Assembly (NCBI GenBank): GCA_963668675.2
Contig: CAXXMB010000002.1
Coordinates: 2,240,001-2,304,000 of the forward strand
From: an uncultured Desulfatitalea sp.
GTDB lineage: Bacteria; Desulfobacterota; Desulfobacteria; Desulfobacterales; Desulfosarcinaceae
Direction of reading: 5' to 3'
DNA: 64,000 nt
Numbering within the stretch: position 1 is the first letter of the stretch; every line of letters begins with the position of its first letter. The notes under the pieces were generated by a model. That model was not told the origin of the DNA and made no database searches. It was given only the letters and a program-made list of their open reading frames with translations. This document shows positions 1 through 10,925 of this stretch, piece by piece. Position numbers and translations under genes: made by a program.

Positions 1-58
1 GTCGGCCCGGCCAGACAACTGTACCGTCTGAACGGCATTGGTTTAAACGGATGGATGG

Positions 59-316
59 CTACTGGTCTTCATCGTCGGTTTTGCCGTCGGTTTTATTGAC
101 CGGCTGCCAACGACGCTTGATTTCGGCCAGCTTCTCCTCATCGGCGACATAGCGCTCCAGCCGGCCGCACTCGACGCATACGTAGTTGTTCAAAGGGGCC
201 ATGGAGGTGAGGCTGACGGGAATCGAGTTGCTCCCGAAGGGCCCGCCCTTCAGCGGCAGTTCGGTGGCTGCGTAGATCTGTTGTGAACCGCAATGCGGAC
301 ATTTGCCGTCTTTCAT
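59..316 (-). CDS. small zinc-ribbon-like hypothetical protein
   Basis: 85 aa with two CxxC pairs (CPHC, CVEC); SD-like AGGAAGGAG upstream. Confidence 0.7.
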   Translation of the reverse strand: MKDGKCPHCGSQQIYAATELPLKGGPFGSNSIPVSLTSMAPLNNYVCVECGRLERYVADEEKLAEIKRRWQPVNKTDGKTDDEDQ

Positions 317-429
317 CGGATCTCCTTCCTATGGATCGGGTGGGGGTGCTGGTTGGGCTATCAGGAAAAGTTATGACCTAAAGCGGTTCAGGTGTCAATG
401 CGGTAGCAGGGTTGCCACTCGTTCCGCCT

Positions 430-2505
<2,076 letters not shown>

Positions 2506-2732
2506 TTAACGTCATCCGCCCCAGGGACGCAACCGTTATTCGAGCAGTCGTGCACGAAACGGATCCGATATCGGCCATCTGCACGAATGGATACCCGGAT
2601 GTGTATTGGAGCTAAAGAATTCGAGCGAAGGACCGATCAAATACCCATTCGTAGATTAGGATGTGAGAATGCAGCCTGTCTGTGGACCGTTGTCGTCCGC
2701 GGCGACAGGCGTCTGCGTGTGGGAGGATTGGG

Positions 2733-3956
2733 ATGGCGCTGGTGAGGGTTGATAAATTGACAGCGGGGGCTGTGCTGGCCGAGGAGGTCCGCGACGTCAA
2801 TGCAAGGTTGTTGATTTCCAGAGGGCAGGCACTGGAAGAGAAGCATTTTCGCATCCTTAAGATGTGGGGGATATTCGAAGTCCAGGTAGAAGGAGAGGCC
2901 GCCGGTCCGGACGAAGAGCAGGCGCCGGTGGACATCGAGCGGCTCGACGAGGTCAGCAACGAAATAAAGCGCATATTCAGCGCCGTGGATATGACCCATC
3001 CGGCCGTCAAAGAGGTGGTGCGGCTGTCGATCGAATATCGATTGAATCGGCCTGGCATAGTGCAACCGCCCGATCGCCAACGGCCGACCGATGCGACCAA
3101 GGGCGTTTCCACACGCGAGATGCTGGCCCGCATCGACCGCCTGGAGATCAAACTGCCCGAAGTGCCCTCGCTTGTCTATGAGCTCAACGATATCATTGCC
3201 GATCCAATGTCCTCGGCCGGCGATATCTCCCAGGTGGTCGGAAAGAGCCCCAGTCTGACGGCCACCCTGCTGAGAATCGTCAACTCCGCCTTTTACGGTT
3301 TTCGCTCGAAAATAGACAGCATCTCAAGGGCCGTCACCCTGATCGGGTCCAAGGAGCTCTCCAGTCTGGCCCTGGGGATCACCATCATGGAGACATTCAA
3401 GGATATCTCCAAACAGGTGGTCGATGTGGGCTCTTTTCTGGAGCACAACCTCGCCTGCGGTATGGTGGCCCGTATCATGGCCGCCTACGGTAAAATAGCC
3501 AACACCGAGCAGCTTTTCGTTTCGGGCATGTTGCACGATATCGGCAGACTGGTGCTGTGCAGATATTTTCCCCAGGAGGTCAAGAACGCATTTGCCATGG
3601 CGGCAGAATCGGGCGAATCCCTGCTGGCGGTCGAGCGATCCCATCTGGGTTGCACCCATGTTCAGCTGGGCAAGCGCCTGCTCAGGAAATGGAAGTTGCC
3701 CTACACGCTGGAAAACAGCATCTCCTACCATCACAACCCGTCGGCATCGCCCACTCCAGAGCTGGCCGCCATCCTCCAGATGGCCGATATGGTCGTGCAT
3801 GGTTTGGGCATCGGCAACAGCGGCGAGCGCAAGGTGCCCTCCTTTGATGCTAAAGCGTGGCAGAGTGTCAATTTGCCGGTGACTGCCTTTCGCTCGCTGG
3901 TGCACCAGGCCGCTAAACAGTCCGAGTCCTTCCGGGATCTTCTGAACAGGAGTTAA
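2733..3956 (+). CDS. HDOD domain protein
   Basis: LPEVPS...LLRIVNSAFYG...GMLHDIGRL...HH motifs; start placed at ATG 2733 after GGGAGGA. Confidence 0.85.
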   Translation: MALVRVDKLTAGAVLAEEVRDVNARLLISRGQALEEKHFRILKMWGIFEVQVEGEAAGPDEEQAPVDIERLDEVSNEIKRIFSAVDMTHPAVKEVVRLSIEYRLNRPGIVQPPDRQRPTDATKGVSTREMLARIDRLEIKLPEVPSLVYELNDIIADPMSSAGDISQVVGKSPSLTATLLRIVNSAFYGFRSKIDSISRAVTLIGSKELSSLALGITIMETFKDISKQVVDVGSFLEHNLACGMVARIMAAYGKIANTEQLFVSGMLHDIGRLVLCRYFPQEVKNAFAMAAESGESLLAVERSHLGCTHVQLGKRLLRKWKLPYTLENSISYHHNPSASPTPELAAILQMADMVVHGLGIGNSGERKVPSFDAKAWQSVNLPVTAFRSLVHQAAKQSESFRDLLNRS

Positions 3957-3959
3957 GCG

Positions 3960-6191
3960 ATGACGGAAACGGTCGAGATCGCCAACCAACGGCTGCAGGC
4001 CCGCATCGAGCACCTGGAGGAGAACCGTCGTTTTATCCAGAATGCCTTGGAGATGGTGCTCTCCATGGCCGATTTCAACATTGACATTCGCGCTGACTCC
4101 GGATGCAATCAGCTGGTGCAGATCGCAGTGGAGCGCATCCAAAAGATTATCCCCCTGAAGGGCTGCACCGTCTACCAGGTGGATGACCAGACCGCTGAGT
4201 TCATGCCCTCTTTTTGCAGCCCCGCCGCCTTCAAGCCGGTTTTCAAGCCTCAGATCGAGTTCATGATCGAAGAGGGCTATTTTGCCTGGGCCATTCGGGA
4301 GCGGCGCGGACTTTACATCGACTCCCAGGAGCACGGCACCCCCTTTCTGCTGCATGTGATTGCCAACAATGCCGGGGTCAAAGGCATGTTCATCGGGCTG
4401 CTCGAAAAGGGCCGCGGTGCTATTCCGAGCAGTTCGCTGACGTTGCTCTCCATTGCCCTGTTCAACATGGCCACCCTGATGGACAGCATGAATCTCTACC
4501 AGATGGTCAAAAACCAGAATCTACTTCTTGAAGAGAAGGTGGCCCAGCGCACCGAACGGCTCAACAGGTCCAAATTGGAACTCCAGAAGGCGATGCAGCA
4601 TCAGGAGCAGCTGGCCCAGGCGGCCGAGCAGGCCAATCGCGCCAAAGGCCTATTTTTGGCCAACATGAGCCATGAGATCCGCACCCCGCTCAACGGTATC
4701 ATCGGCTGCACCGAGATCATGCTCAAATCGAAGCGACTGGACGAATGTCACACTCTGGCCCGCACTTCCCTGGTCGAGTCCGAGCACCTGCTGAACCTGA
4801 TCAACAATGTCCTCGACTACTCCAAAATCGAGGCCGGGAAGATCGAGCTGGAAAGGCGCCCCTTCAACCTCGTGGAGCTGGTGCACTCCATCATTGATGG
4901 CATGCGCTATCAGGCAGAAGTCAAAGGGCTGGGATTGAAATCCGAATTCCACGGAGCACCGGCGGCCAACGTGAGCGGCGATGCCTTGCGGCTGAGGCAG
5001 ATCCTGATCAATCTGACCAACAATGCGGTCAAGTTTACATCGAAAGGGTCGGTCACCCTATCGGTTGAAAAGATGGGAGAGGTAACAGACCCATCCGCCC
5101 AGACATTGCGTTTTTCGGTGATCGATACTGGCATCGGCATTCCCAAAGAGCGCCAGAAGGTCATCTTTGAACGCTTTTCCCAGGCTGACGAGAGCACCAC
5201 CCGACGATATGGCGGCACCGGCCTGGGCACCGCCATCGCCTATCAGCTGGTCGAGTTGATGGGTGGGCGGCTGCGCGTGGAGAGCGATGCGGCCCATGGT
5301 TCGATTTTCTCATTTGTGATCGACCTGGATGTGGTCGACTTAAAGGAGGAAGTGAGTCTGTCCAGGGGAGGAGGCGTTGCTTCAGCCAAAGATGCCGAAA
5401 CCGGAGAGATTCAACCCGGGCAGATCCTGGTGGCCGAAGACACACCGGTGAACCAGATGGTGATCCGAAAATACCTCGAAGATGGGGGGCATTTGGTCCA
5501 TCTGGTCGAGAATGGGCGTGAGGCGGTTGCGGCCTGCAGCTCTGGGAAATACGATCTGGTCCTGATGGACGTCCAGATGCCCGAAATGGACGGACTCGAA
5601 GCCACCCGCCGTATCAAGGCCCAATGGTCGCCGCACGAGCAGATCCCCATTCTCGCCCTCACTGCCAACACCGATCTCAAAACCCGAGACGATTGTGAGG
5701 CGGCCGGCATGGATGAGGTGCTGACCAAGCCGATTCGGCGCGCCGCCCTCATGGCCGGAGTGAACCGCTGGTTGTCTGGTCATAGCGCCTTCCCTTCGGA
5801 TGACAGGCGCATGCCGGCGCCCTGCGCGGAGAAAGCGCTCCCTGAAAAGGAGGATGGCGTGCCGCCATTCGATCTGGAGACAGCCATCTATGAATTCGGC
5901 GACCGGGAGATGGTGCGCGATGTGGTGCAGCAGCTTATCGAAAACGTCGCCATGCAGATCGAAGAGATCCAGAAGGCGCATGGTGCCGGAGAGGTCATGC
6001 TTATTCAAAAGCGCGCCCATGCCATCAAAGGGGGGGCGGCCACGGCCGAAGCCGGCCATCTGGCAGCCACGGCTGCTGATTTGGAGGATCTGTGCAGGGA
6101 GGGGGACAGCAACCGGGTCGCGCCCACGATCGAGAAATTGATCGGCGCCTATGAGGCACTGAAGCAATATACCGAATCGGTATCCTGGTGA
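3960..6191 (+). CDS. hybrid sensor histidine kinase (HisKA-HATPase-REC-Hpt)
   Basis: [15 protein letters not shown]-box, N/G boxes, [11 protein letters not shown] receiver, AHAIKGGA Hpt. Confidence 0.93.
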   Translation: MTETVEIANQRLQARIEHLEENRRFIQNALEMVLSMADFNIDIRADSGCNQLVQIAVERIQKIIPLKGCTVYQVDDQTAEFMPSFCSPAAFKPVFKPQIEFMIEEGYFAWAIRERRGLYIDSQEHGTPFLLHVIANNAGVKGMFIGLLEKGRGAIPSSSLTLLSIALFNMATLMDSMNLYQMVKNQNLLLEEKVAQRTERLNRSKLELQKAMQHQEQLAQAAEQANRAKGLFLANMSHEIRTPLNGIIGCTEIMLKSKRLDECHTLARTSLVESEHLLNLINNVLDYSKIEAGKIELERRPFNLVELVHSIIDGMRYQAEVKGLGLKSEFHGAPAANVSGDALRLRQILINLTNNAVKFTSKGSVTLSVEKMGEVTDPSAQTLRFSVIDTGIGIPKERQKVIFERFSQADESTTRRYGGTGLGTAIAYQLVELMGGRLRVESDAAHGSIFSFVIDLDVVDLKEEVSLSRGGGVASAKDAETGEIQPGQILVAEDTPVNQMVIRKYLEDGGHLVHLVENGREAVAACSSGKYDLVLMDVQMPEMDGLEATRRIKAQWSPHEQIPILALTANTDLKTRDDCEAAGMDEVLTKPIRRAALMAGVNRWLSGHSAFPSDDRRMPAPCAEKALPEKEDGVPPFDLETAIYEFGDREMVRDVVQQLIENVAMQIEEIQKAHGAGEVMLIQKRAHAIKGGAATAEAGHLAATAADLEDLCREGDSNRVAPTIEKLIGAYEALKQYTESVSW

Positions 6192-6237
6192 CCCAACGCC
6201 AGTGGCACCGGCGGTAAGTATGAGCAAATAGAAGGAG

Positions 6238-6645
6238 ATGGTTATGAAAATTTTGATCATCGATGATGAGATGTCGGCATTGACGAAAATGAAGGTGCTT
6301 CTATCGCCATACGGTGAGTGCACCCTCTCTACTCACGGCCACCAGGCAATGCAGTTTTGCGCCAAGGCGATCGAGGGTGGGGTGCCGTTCGAGCTGATTG
6401 CCATCGATATCCAGCTGGGTGACACCACCGGGCATGATTTGATGGAGGAGATCAAGACGTTGGAGGCCAAAGCCAATGTGAGACCGGCCAGAAAGATCAT
6501 GATCACCGCATCGGGGACCAAGGAGAACCTGGTCAAGGCCCACACCAAGGGGTGCGATGCCTTTCTGGTCAAACCGGTCAAGCGCGATGCGCTCGAACAG
6601 AAGATGCTCTCCCTGGGCTACGCCAAAAAGGGTGCGGCGGAATAG
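6238..6645 (+). CDS. single-domain response regulator (CheY-like)
   Basis: ILIIDDE...IDIQL...MITA...FLVKP receiver motifs. Confidence 0.85.
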   Translation: MVMKILIIDDEMSALTKMKVLLSPYGECTLSTHGHQAMQFCAKAIEGGVPFELIAIDIQLGDTTGHDLMEEIKTLEAKANVRPARKIMITASGTKENLVKAHTKGCDAFLVKPVKRDALEQKMLSLGYAKKGAAE

Positions 6646-6790
6646 GATGCCCGTGGACATGTTCGAGAGAATGAGTGACGGGCATCTGACCTGGTGAACG
6701 GCCGGCGGAAGTCCGTCGTAAGCTCCGTCTTGAGTTGGCGCTCGCCTTGGGGTAAGGATAGGAGAAGATACCCCGGCAAGGAGTGCGTCG

Positions 6791-7621
6791 ATGCCCATCT
6801 ACTATGTTGACGGAAAATTTCTGCCCGACGATAAGGCCCTCATCCCGGTGGATGACCTGGCCGTGCTTCGCGGCATCGGTGTCTTTGACCTGCTGCGCAC
6901 TTACAACGGCAAACCCCTTTTTCTGAAGGAGCACGTCAGTCGCCTGTTCGATTCGGCCCGTCAGATCAATATCGAGCTGCCCTGGAGCCACGAGGAGGTG
7001 TGCCGGATCGCCCTGGAAACCCTCTCGCGCAACACCCTGGATGAAGCCAATATCCGCATCGTCGCCACCGGCGGCTCCAGCCCCGACTTCATGACGCCCC
7101 AGGGGCGGCCCCGCCTGCTGATGCTTGTCACCCCACTACCCCGGCTGCCCGCCGAATGGTACGACCAGGGCGTCAAAGTGGTCACCATGCGCACCGAACG
7201 CCGCATTCCCGGCGCAAAGAGCATCGACTACGTGCCCGCCGCCATGGCCCTTCAAAAAGCCAAATCCAAAGGCGCCATCGAAGCCCTCTACGTCGATCGC
7301 CATGAAAATGCCCTGGAGGGCACCACCAGCAACCTCTTCGCCGTCATCGGCGAAACGCTGGTCACCCCCGGTCGCGGCATCCTCTCAGGCATCACCCGTC
7401 AGTCGGTCCTGGAGATCTCGCGGCCATTGCTGCCCGTCGAAATCCGCGATTTGGCTTTGACCGAGCTGCTTGGCGCCAACGAAGCCTTCATCACCGGCAC
7501 CAACAAGGGCCTGGTGCCGGTCGTCCAAATCGACGACACCCCCATCGGCGACGGCAAACCAGGCCCCAACACCCGCCGCATCATGACCGCTTTAGAGTCC
7601 CATCTGGCGGAGGCGCTCTAA
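6791..7621 (+). CDS. class IV PLP-dependent aminotransferase (branched-chain/D-amino-acid type)
   Basis: RGIGVFD, AKS catalytic Lys, EGTTSNLF, ILSGITR motifs. Confidence 0.9.
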   Translation: MPIYYVDGKFLPDDKALIPVDDLAVLRGIGVFDLLRTYNGKPLFLKEHVSRLFDSARQINIELPWSHEEVCRIALETLSRNTLDEANIRIVATGGSSPDFMTPQGRPRLLMLVTPLPRLPAEWYDQGVKVVTMRTERRIPGAKSIDYVPAAMALQKAKSKGAIEALYVDRHENALEGTTSNLFAVIGETLVTPGRGILSGITRQSVLEISRPLLPVEIRDLALTELLGANEAFITGTNKGLVPVVQIDDTPIGDGKPGPNTRRIMTALESHLAEAL

Positions 7622-7684
7622 GAACGAATGAGCGCCAGCACTTTTACTATTAGGGGATGTAATAAACAGTTACTTTTTAACGCC

Positions 7685-7870
7685 GGTCGCTGTGCCGCCA
7701 TGCACCCCAGGCGGAAGCACCACAAGATCCAAGTGCCGCTACGGGTGCGTTCCGGGCGGCCTGCAAACTCGCTGCGCTCAAACAGTGCAGGCCGCTGATC
7801 CTCCACCCACCCTATCGGCACTAAGATCTTGCGCTGAAATCCGCCTGGGGTGCATGGCGGCACAGCGACC
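7685..7870. repeat. 186-bp palindromic element with perfect 31-bp terminal inverted repeats
   Basis: GGTCGCTGTGCCGCCATGCACCCCAGGCGGA (7685-7715) is the exact reverse complement of 7840-7870; nested inner stems. Confidence 0.9.
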
Positions 7871-8013
7871 TCCTATTGTGATAGTCAACGGAACGCTTGG
7901 CGTCTGCGGCGAGGACCGCTTTTTGGTCCGATTCTGGTGTTGAGCTAAATATGATGCGCTCGAAAGAAGTCCCAATAGTACTTTTTTCGTCATTCCGGCG
8001 CAGGCCGGGATCC

Positions 8014-8838
8014 GTGCGCCTGGAAGCAGGCGCGACCTGGCAGGTGCAAGTCCTGTCTCGGGAGATGCCCGCTCCCGATAGCCGAAGGTAACTGCGTCAC
8101 CGCGAGGTGGGGTGGGAAGCAACCGGAGGCGAATATGCAGTCCGTAGCAGTATTGCGAACGCGATTCGGCCGTGCGTAGCGACGAGCCTGCGGATCCAAG
8201 GCGAAGTCCGGACCGGTATCGACGGCTTGCTGCAGGTTGGCGAAAACCCCGGGAACGACTGCGAGTCACCCGGAAGCCACAGGATGCCGGAAGCCCATCA
8301 CGCTTGGCGGGCAGCACAAAAGCGATGATGGGGTGCGCGAGGTGTTTGGTGACGGAATGCATGGAAGATCGCGCCGTGTGAACCAGGGAGACCTGCCCGT
8401 TTGAAGGACGGCGTTCATTCTGCCGGATAAGCAGACGAAGAGCCAAGCGGGCAGGAGTCAGAGCGTCCATATGAGCGAAGAAGCGGGATAACGCCCGTGG
8501 AGCAAAGGGACGCAGGAAGGTGGATGCGAGATGCGCATACCAGGCGAACAACGACCTGCGACAGTGTCGAAGACTAAACAAACAGGAGAAACCCCCAACC
8601 GCAAATGGGAGTGGGTGGAACGCACGGTATGGACGGATCGCATGCTGGAGGCCCTCGACAAGGGGGTGAAAGGAGGCAATACTTTGGGGACCTTGGGTGT
8701 TTTAGCCTTCACGATGCCCATCGTGCCTTGCTCCAGTCCTCGTGAGGTGAACCGCCGACCGGAGAGCCGGATGCGGGAGATCCGCATGTCCGGTTCGGAG
8801 GGGGGAGAGCCTGGGTAACCAGGCTTTCCCACCCCTAT
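8014..8838 (+). mobile_element. group II intron (IIB-like) with internally deleted RT/maturase ORF
   Basis: 5' GTGCG at 8014; domain V GAGCCGGATGCGGGAGATCCGCATGTCCGGTTC with AGC triad at about 8764-8796; domain VI ending CCCTAT at 8838; IEP N- and C-terminal remnants fused. Confidence 0.92.
8531..8745 (+). pseudogene. remnant of group II intron-encoded protein (RT core deleted)
   Basis: N-terminus WVERTVWTDRMLEALDKGVKGG joined out of frame to C-terminal YFGDLGCFSLHDAHRALLQSS*; no RT motifs (no YADD) in between. Confidence 0.85.
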
Positions 8839-9115
8839 AGTCTTTTAAATGGCTTCGGGATGCCGGATCCAGTCCGGCATGACGTATTGGCGATTTTTTA
8901 CGGGACCATCAAATATTATATGACAAGCATTTGATTAATAGTATTTAACTCCTTGCTTTTAATTGCATTTAGGAAAAATTTAATTCGATTTTTCGCTTCT
9001 TTGATGGGCATAGTTGAGCCATCAGTGCTATTTAGTATTTCAAGGCATTTTTCCGCATAACTCCCAGATTTAATTTCCCAAATGATTTATTTTATGAAAT
9101 TCACAAATTACCATC

Positions 9116-10918
9116 TTACCTTTCGATGTGTTGCGCAACAGCCAGTCCCAACACCTTTTCCACTTGCTCCGCCACCAATCGGCCAGCCACCACCGGGCTC
9201 TCCTCGATGGCCCGCTCCACTGCAACAAACGCTCGCCGCTGGATGCGGTCGCGGCCGACAGTGAGGCGCACGCATATTTGCAAAATGAAGAAGCTGAGCA
9301 GCAACACCACCGCGATGGTCAACAGGGCATGCAGAAAGAAGTCGCCGCTCAAATAGGTGGCGGCAATAAAATGGGACGCCGTCAGCCATCCGATGTAGCC
9401 GAGCAGCACCAGCGTAGGCAGATTGAAGAGGATCTGGAGCATGAAGTGGCTCAGGCTTCCGGCGCTGCGTTCGATTTCGGCATCCAGGGTGTCGCTCCAC
9501 ACATGGCTCACCAACTCCCCCACCGCCTTGTCATCGTCGATCTCAATCCGGCGCACCTGTGGGTCGAAGCGGCCTCGGACCAGCAGTTCGCCGATATCGG
9601 GCCAGCGGGTCCACCACGCCTTCTGAAAGGTCAGCAGGGCGCGGTCGATGCGGTTGCGGTCGCTGAGCGACCCCAGGGCGGCGCGGCTCTCCCGGTAGTG
9701 GCGCCAGGAGGCGATCAGGCCCCACAACTGGCGCAGGGGATTGCCGAAGCGTACCAGGGCCGCCAGCCCGGTGCCGAACAGGACCAGTCTGGACCAGATG
9801 GCCACCAGCCAGCCGACCGGTCCCATCCAGCGCTGGGCCAGGGACTGGTAGAGGCGCGCATTCACGCCCAGCAGCATGCGTTGGTCTTCGGCCCCGAGGC
9901 TGGCCACCGCCTCGCGCAGGGCCTCCTGCTCGGCGGCGGCGATGCGGCCGGCCGCCTCCGTGAGGGTCGGGCGGTCTTTGGCCACGGCGCTTCTCACCCG
10001 GTCGAACAGGTAGGTATTGATCTGGCGTGCATTGGCAAGGCGGCGGTCCGTTGCGGCGCCGGCCCGGTTGAAGGTGTCGAAAACGAGCCGATGCAGCTGC
10101 TCGAACTGGTCGAAGTCATGGCGAGGCTCAGCCTGGAGCTCCCACCGGGGATGATGCAGATGGCGGCGGGCCGAGACGAGGAGCATGGCTTCGGGGTTCG
10201 TGTCCCAGGCCTGTTGCAGATAGCGCTGGAAATCTGGACCGATCTCATCGGTCAGCTCCTCGGCACCCAAGCGGTCGCACTGATTCATCACCGCCACCAA
10301 AGAGGCGCCGTGGAAGCGGCGAACGATGGGGGCCATGAAGTCGGCATGGTCGCGGCGCTTGGGATTTTGGGCGTCGAAAACGCAGATGAGGATATCCGAG
10401 TGGTCGACAGCCTGTTCAATCAGCGGCAGATGAGCATCGTTCCGGGTGCTGTCGGTGTCGGGCGTGTCCACCAGAATCGCATGTGCGAGGGGTTCGGCCG
10501 CCCGATTCGTGCGCACCTCGATAAGGTCTTCTTCCATGGGGCCGATGAGATGGCGGGCCTCCCCGGCATCATCGGCCAGCACCACCAGCTTCTGGGTGGT
10601 CGGCCGCCGGCTGCCTGCCGGCGACAGATCGTCCACTCCGGCCAGGGCGTTGAGGAGGGTTGACTTGCCGGCTCCGGAGGGGCCGATGAGGGTCACCACC
10701 AGGCGCCGGTCCCACCTCTCTTTCATCCGGGTTATCAGCCGTTGCGCCTCCTCGGTCTGCTTGGCCAGGGCGTGGCCCGGAGACCACAGCGGCACCTCCG
10801 CGAGCCGGTCGGCCAGGGTCGTCATCTCATGGGTGCACGCTTCGAGCCGTCCAAGGCTATCCAAGGCGGCCAGCTCCCGGTCGATCATCGAAAGATCTCC
10901 TTTCATGGGGACACTCAT
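9116..10918 (-). CDS. dynamin-like/TRAFAC P-loop GTPase with C-terminal transmembrane helices
   Basis: G1 GPSGAGKS, G2 RPTT, G3 DTPD, G4-like NQCD; hydrophobic segments near the C-terminus. Confidence 0.8.
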   Translation of the reverse strand: MSVPMKGDLSMIDRELAALDSLGRLEACTHEMTTLADRLAEVPLWSPGHALAKQTEEAQRLITRMKERWDRRLVVTLIGPSGAGKSTLLNALAGVDDLSPAGSRRPTTQKLVVLADDAGEARHLIGPMEEDLIEVRTNRAAEPLAHAILVDTPDTDSTRNDAHLPLIEQAVDHSDILICVFDAQNPKRRDHADFMAPIVRRFHGASLVAVMNQCDRLGAEELTDEIGPDFQRYLQQAWDTNPEAMLLVSARRHLHHPRWELQAEPRHDFDQFEQLHRLVFDTFNRAGAATDRRLANARQINTYLFDRVRSAVAKDRPTLTEAAGRIAAAEQEALREAVASLGAEDQRMLLGVNARLYQSLAQRWMGPVGWLVAIWSRLVLFGTGLAALVRFGNPLRQLWGLIASWRHYRESRAALGSLSDRNRIDRALLTFQKAWWTRWPDIGELLVRGRFDPQVRRIEIDDDKAVGELVSHVWSDTLDAEIERSAGSLSHFMLQILFNLPTLVLLGYIGWLTASHFIAATYLSGDFFLHALLTIAVVLLLSFFILQICVRLTVGRDRIQRRAFVAVERAIEESPVVAGRLVAEQVEKVLGLAVAQHIER

Positions 10919-10925
10919 TTAACGG

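Larger units (their letters stand above)
7953..8910. mobile_element. MITE-like element carrying a REP-like core, interrupted by a group II intron
   Basis: imperfect terminal IRs GATGCGCTCGAAAGAAGTCCCAATA / TATTGGCGATTTTTTACGGGACCATC; AAATAT direct repeat at 7947-7952 and 8911-8916. Confidence 0.65.

Noticed and set aside
6645..6790. Possible riboswitch or T-box before the aminotransferase
   Set aside because: A GCCCGT/ACGGGC hairpin is present but no recognisable aptamer consensus
7778..8832. ORFs overlapping the intron (267, 124 and 95 aa)
   Set aside because: They run across ribozyme domains; only the IEP remnant is meaningful
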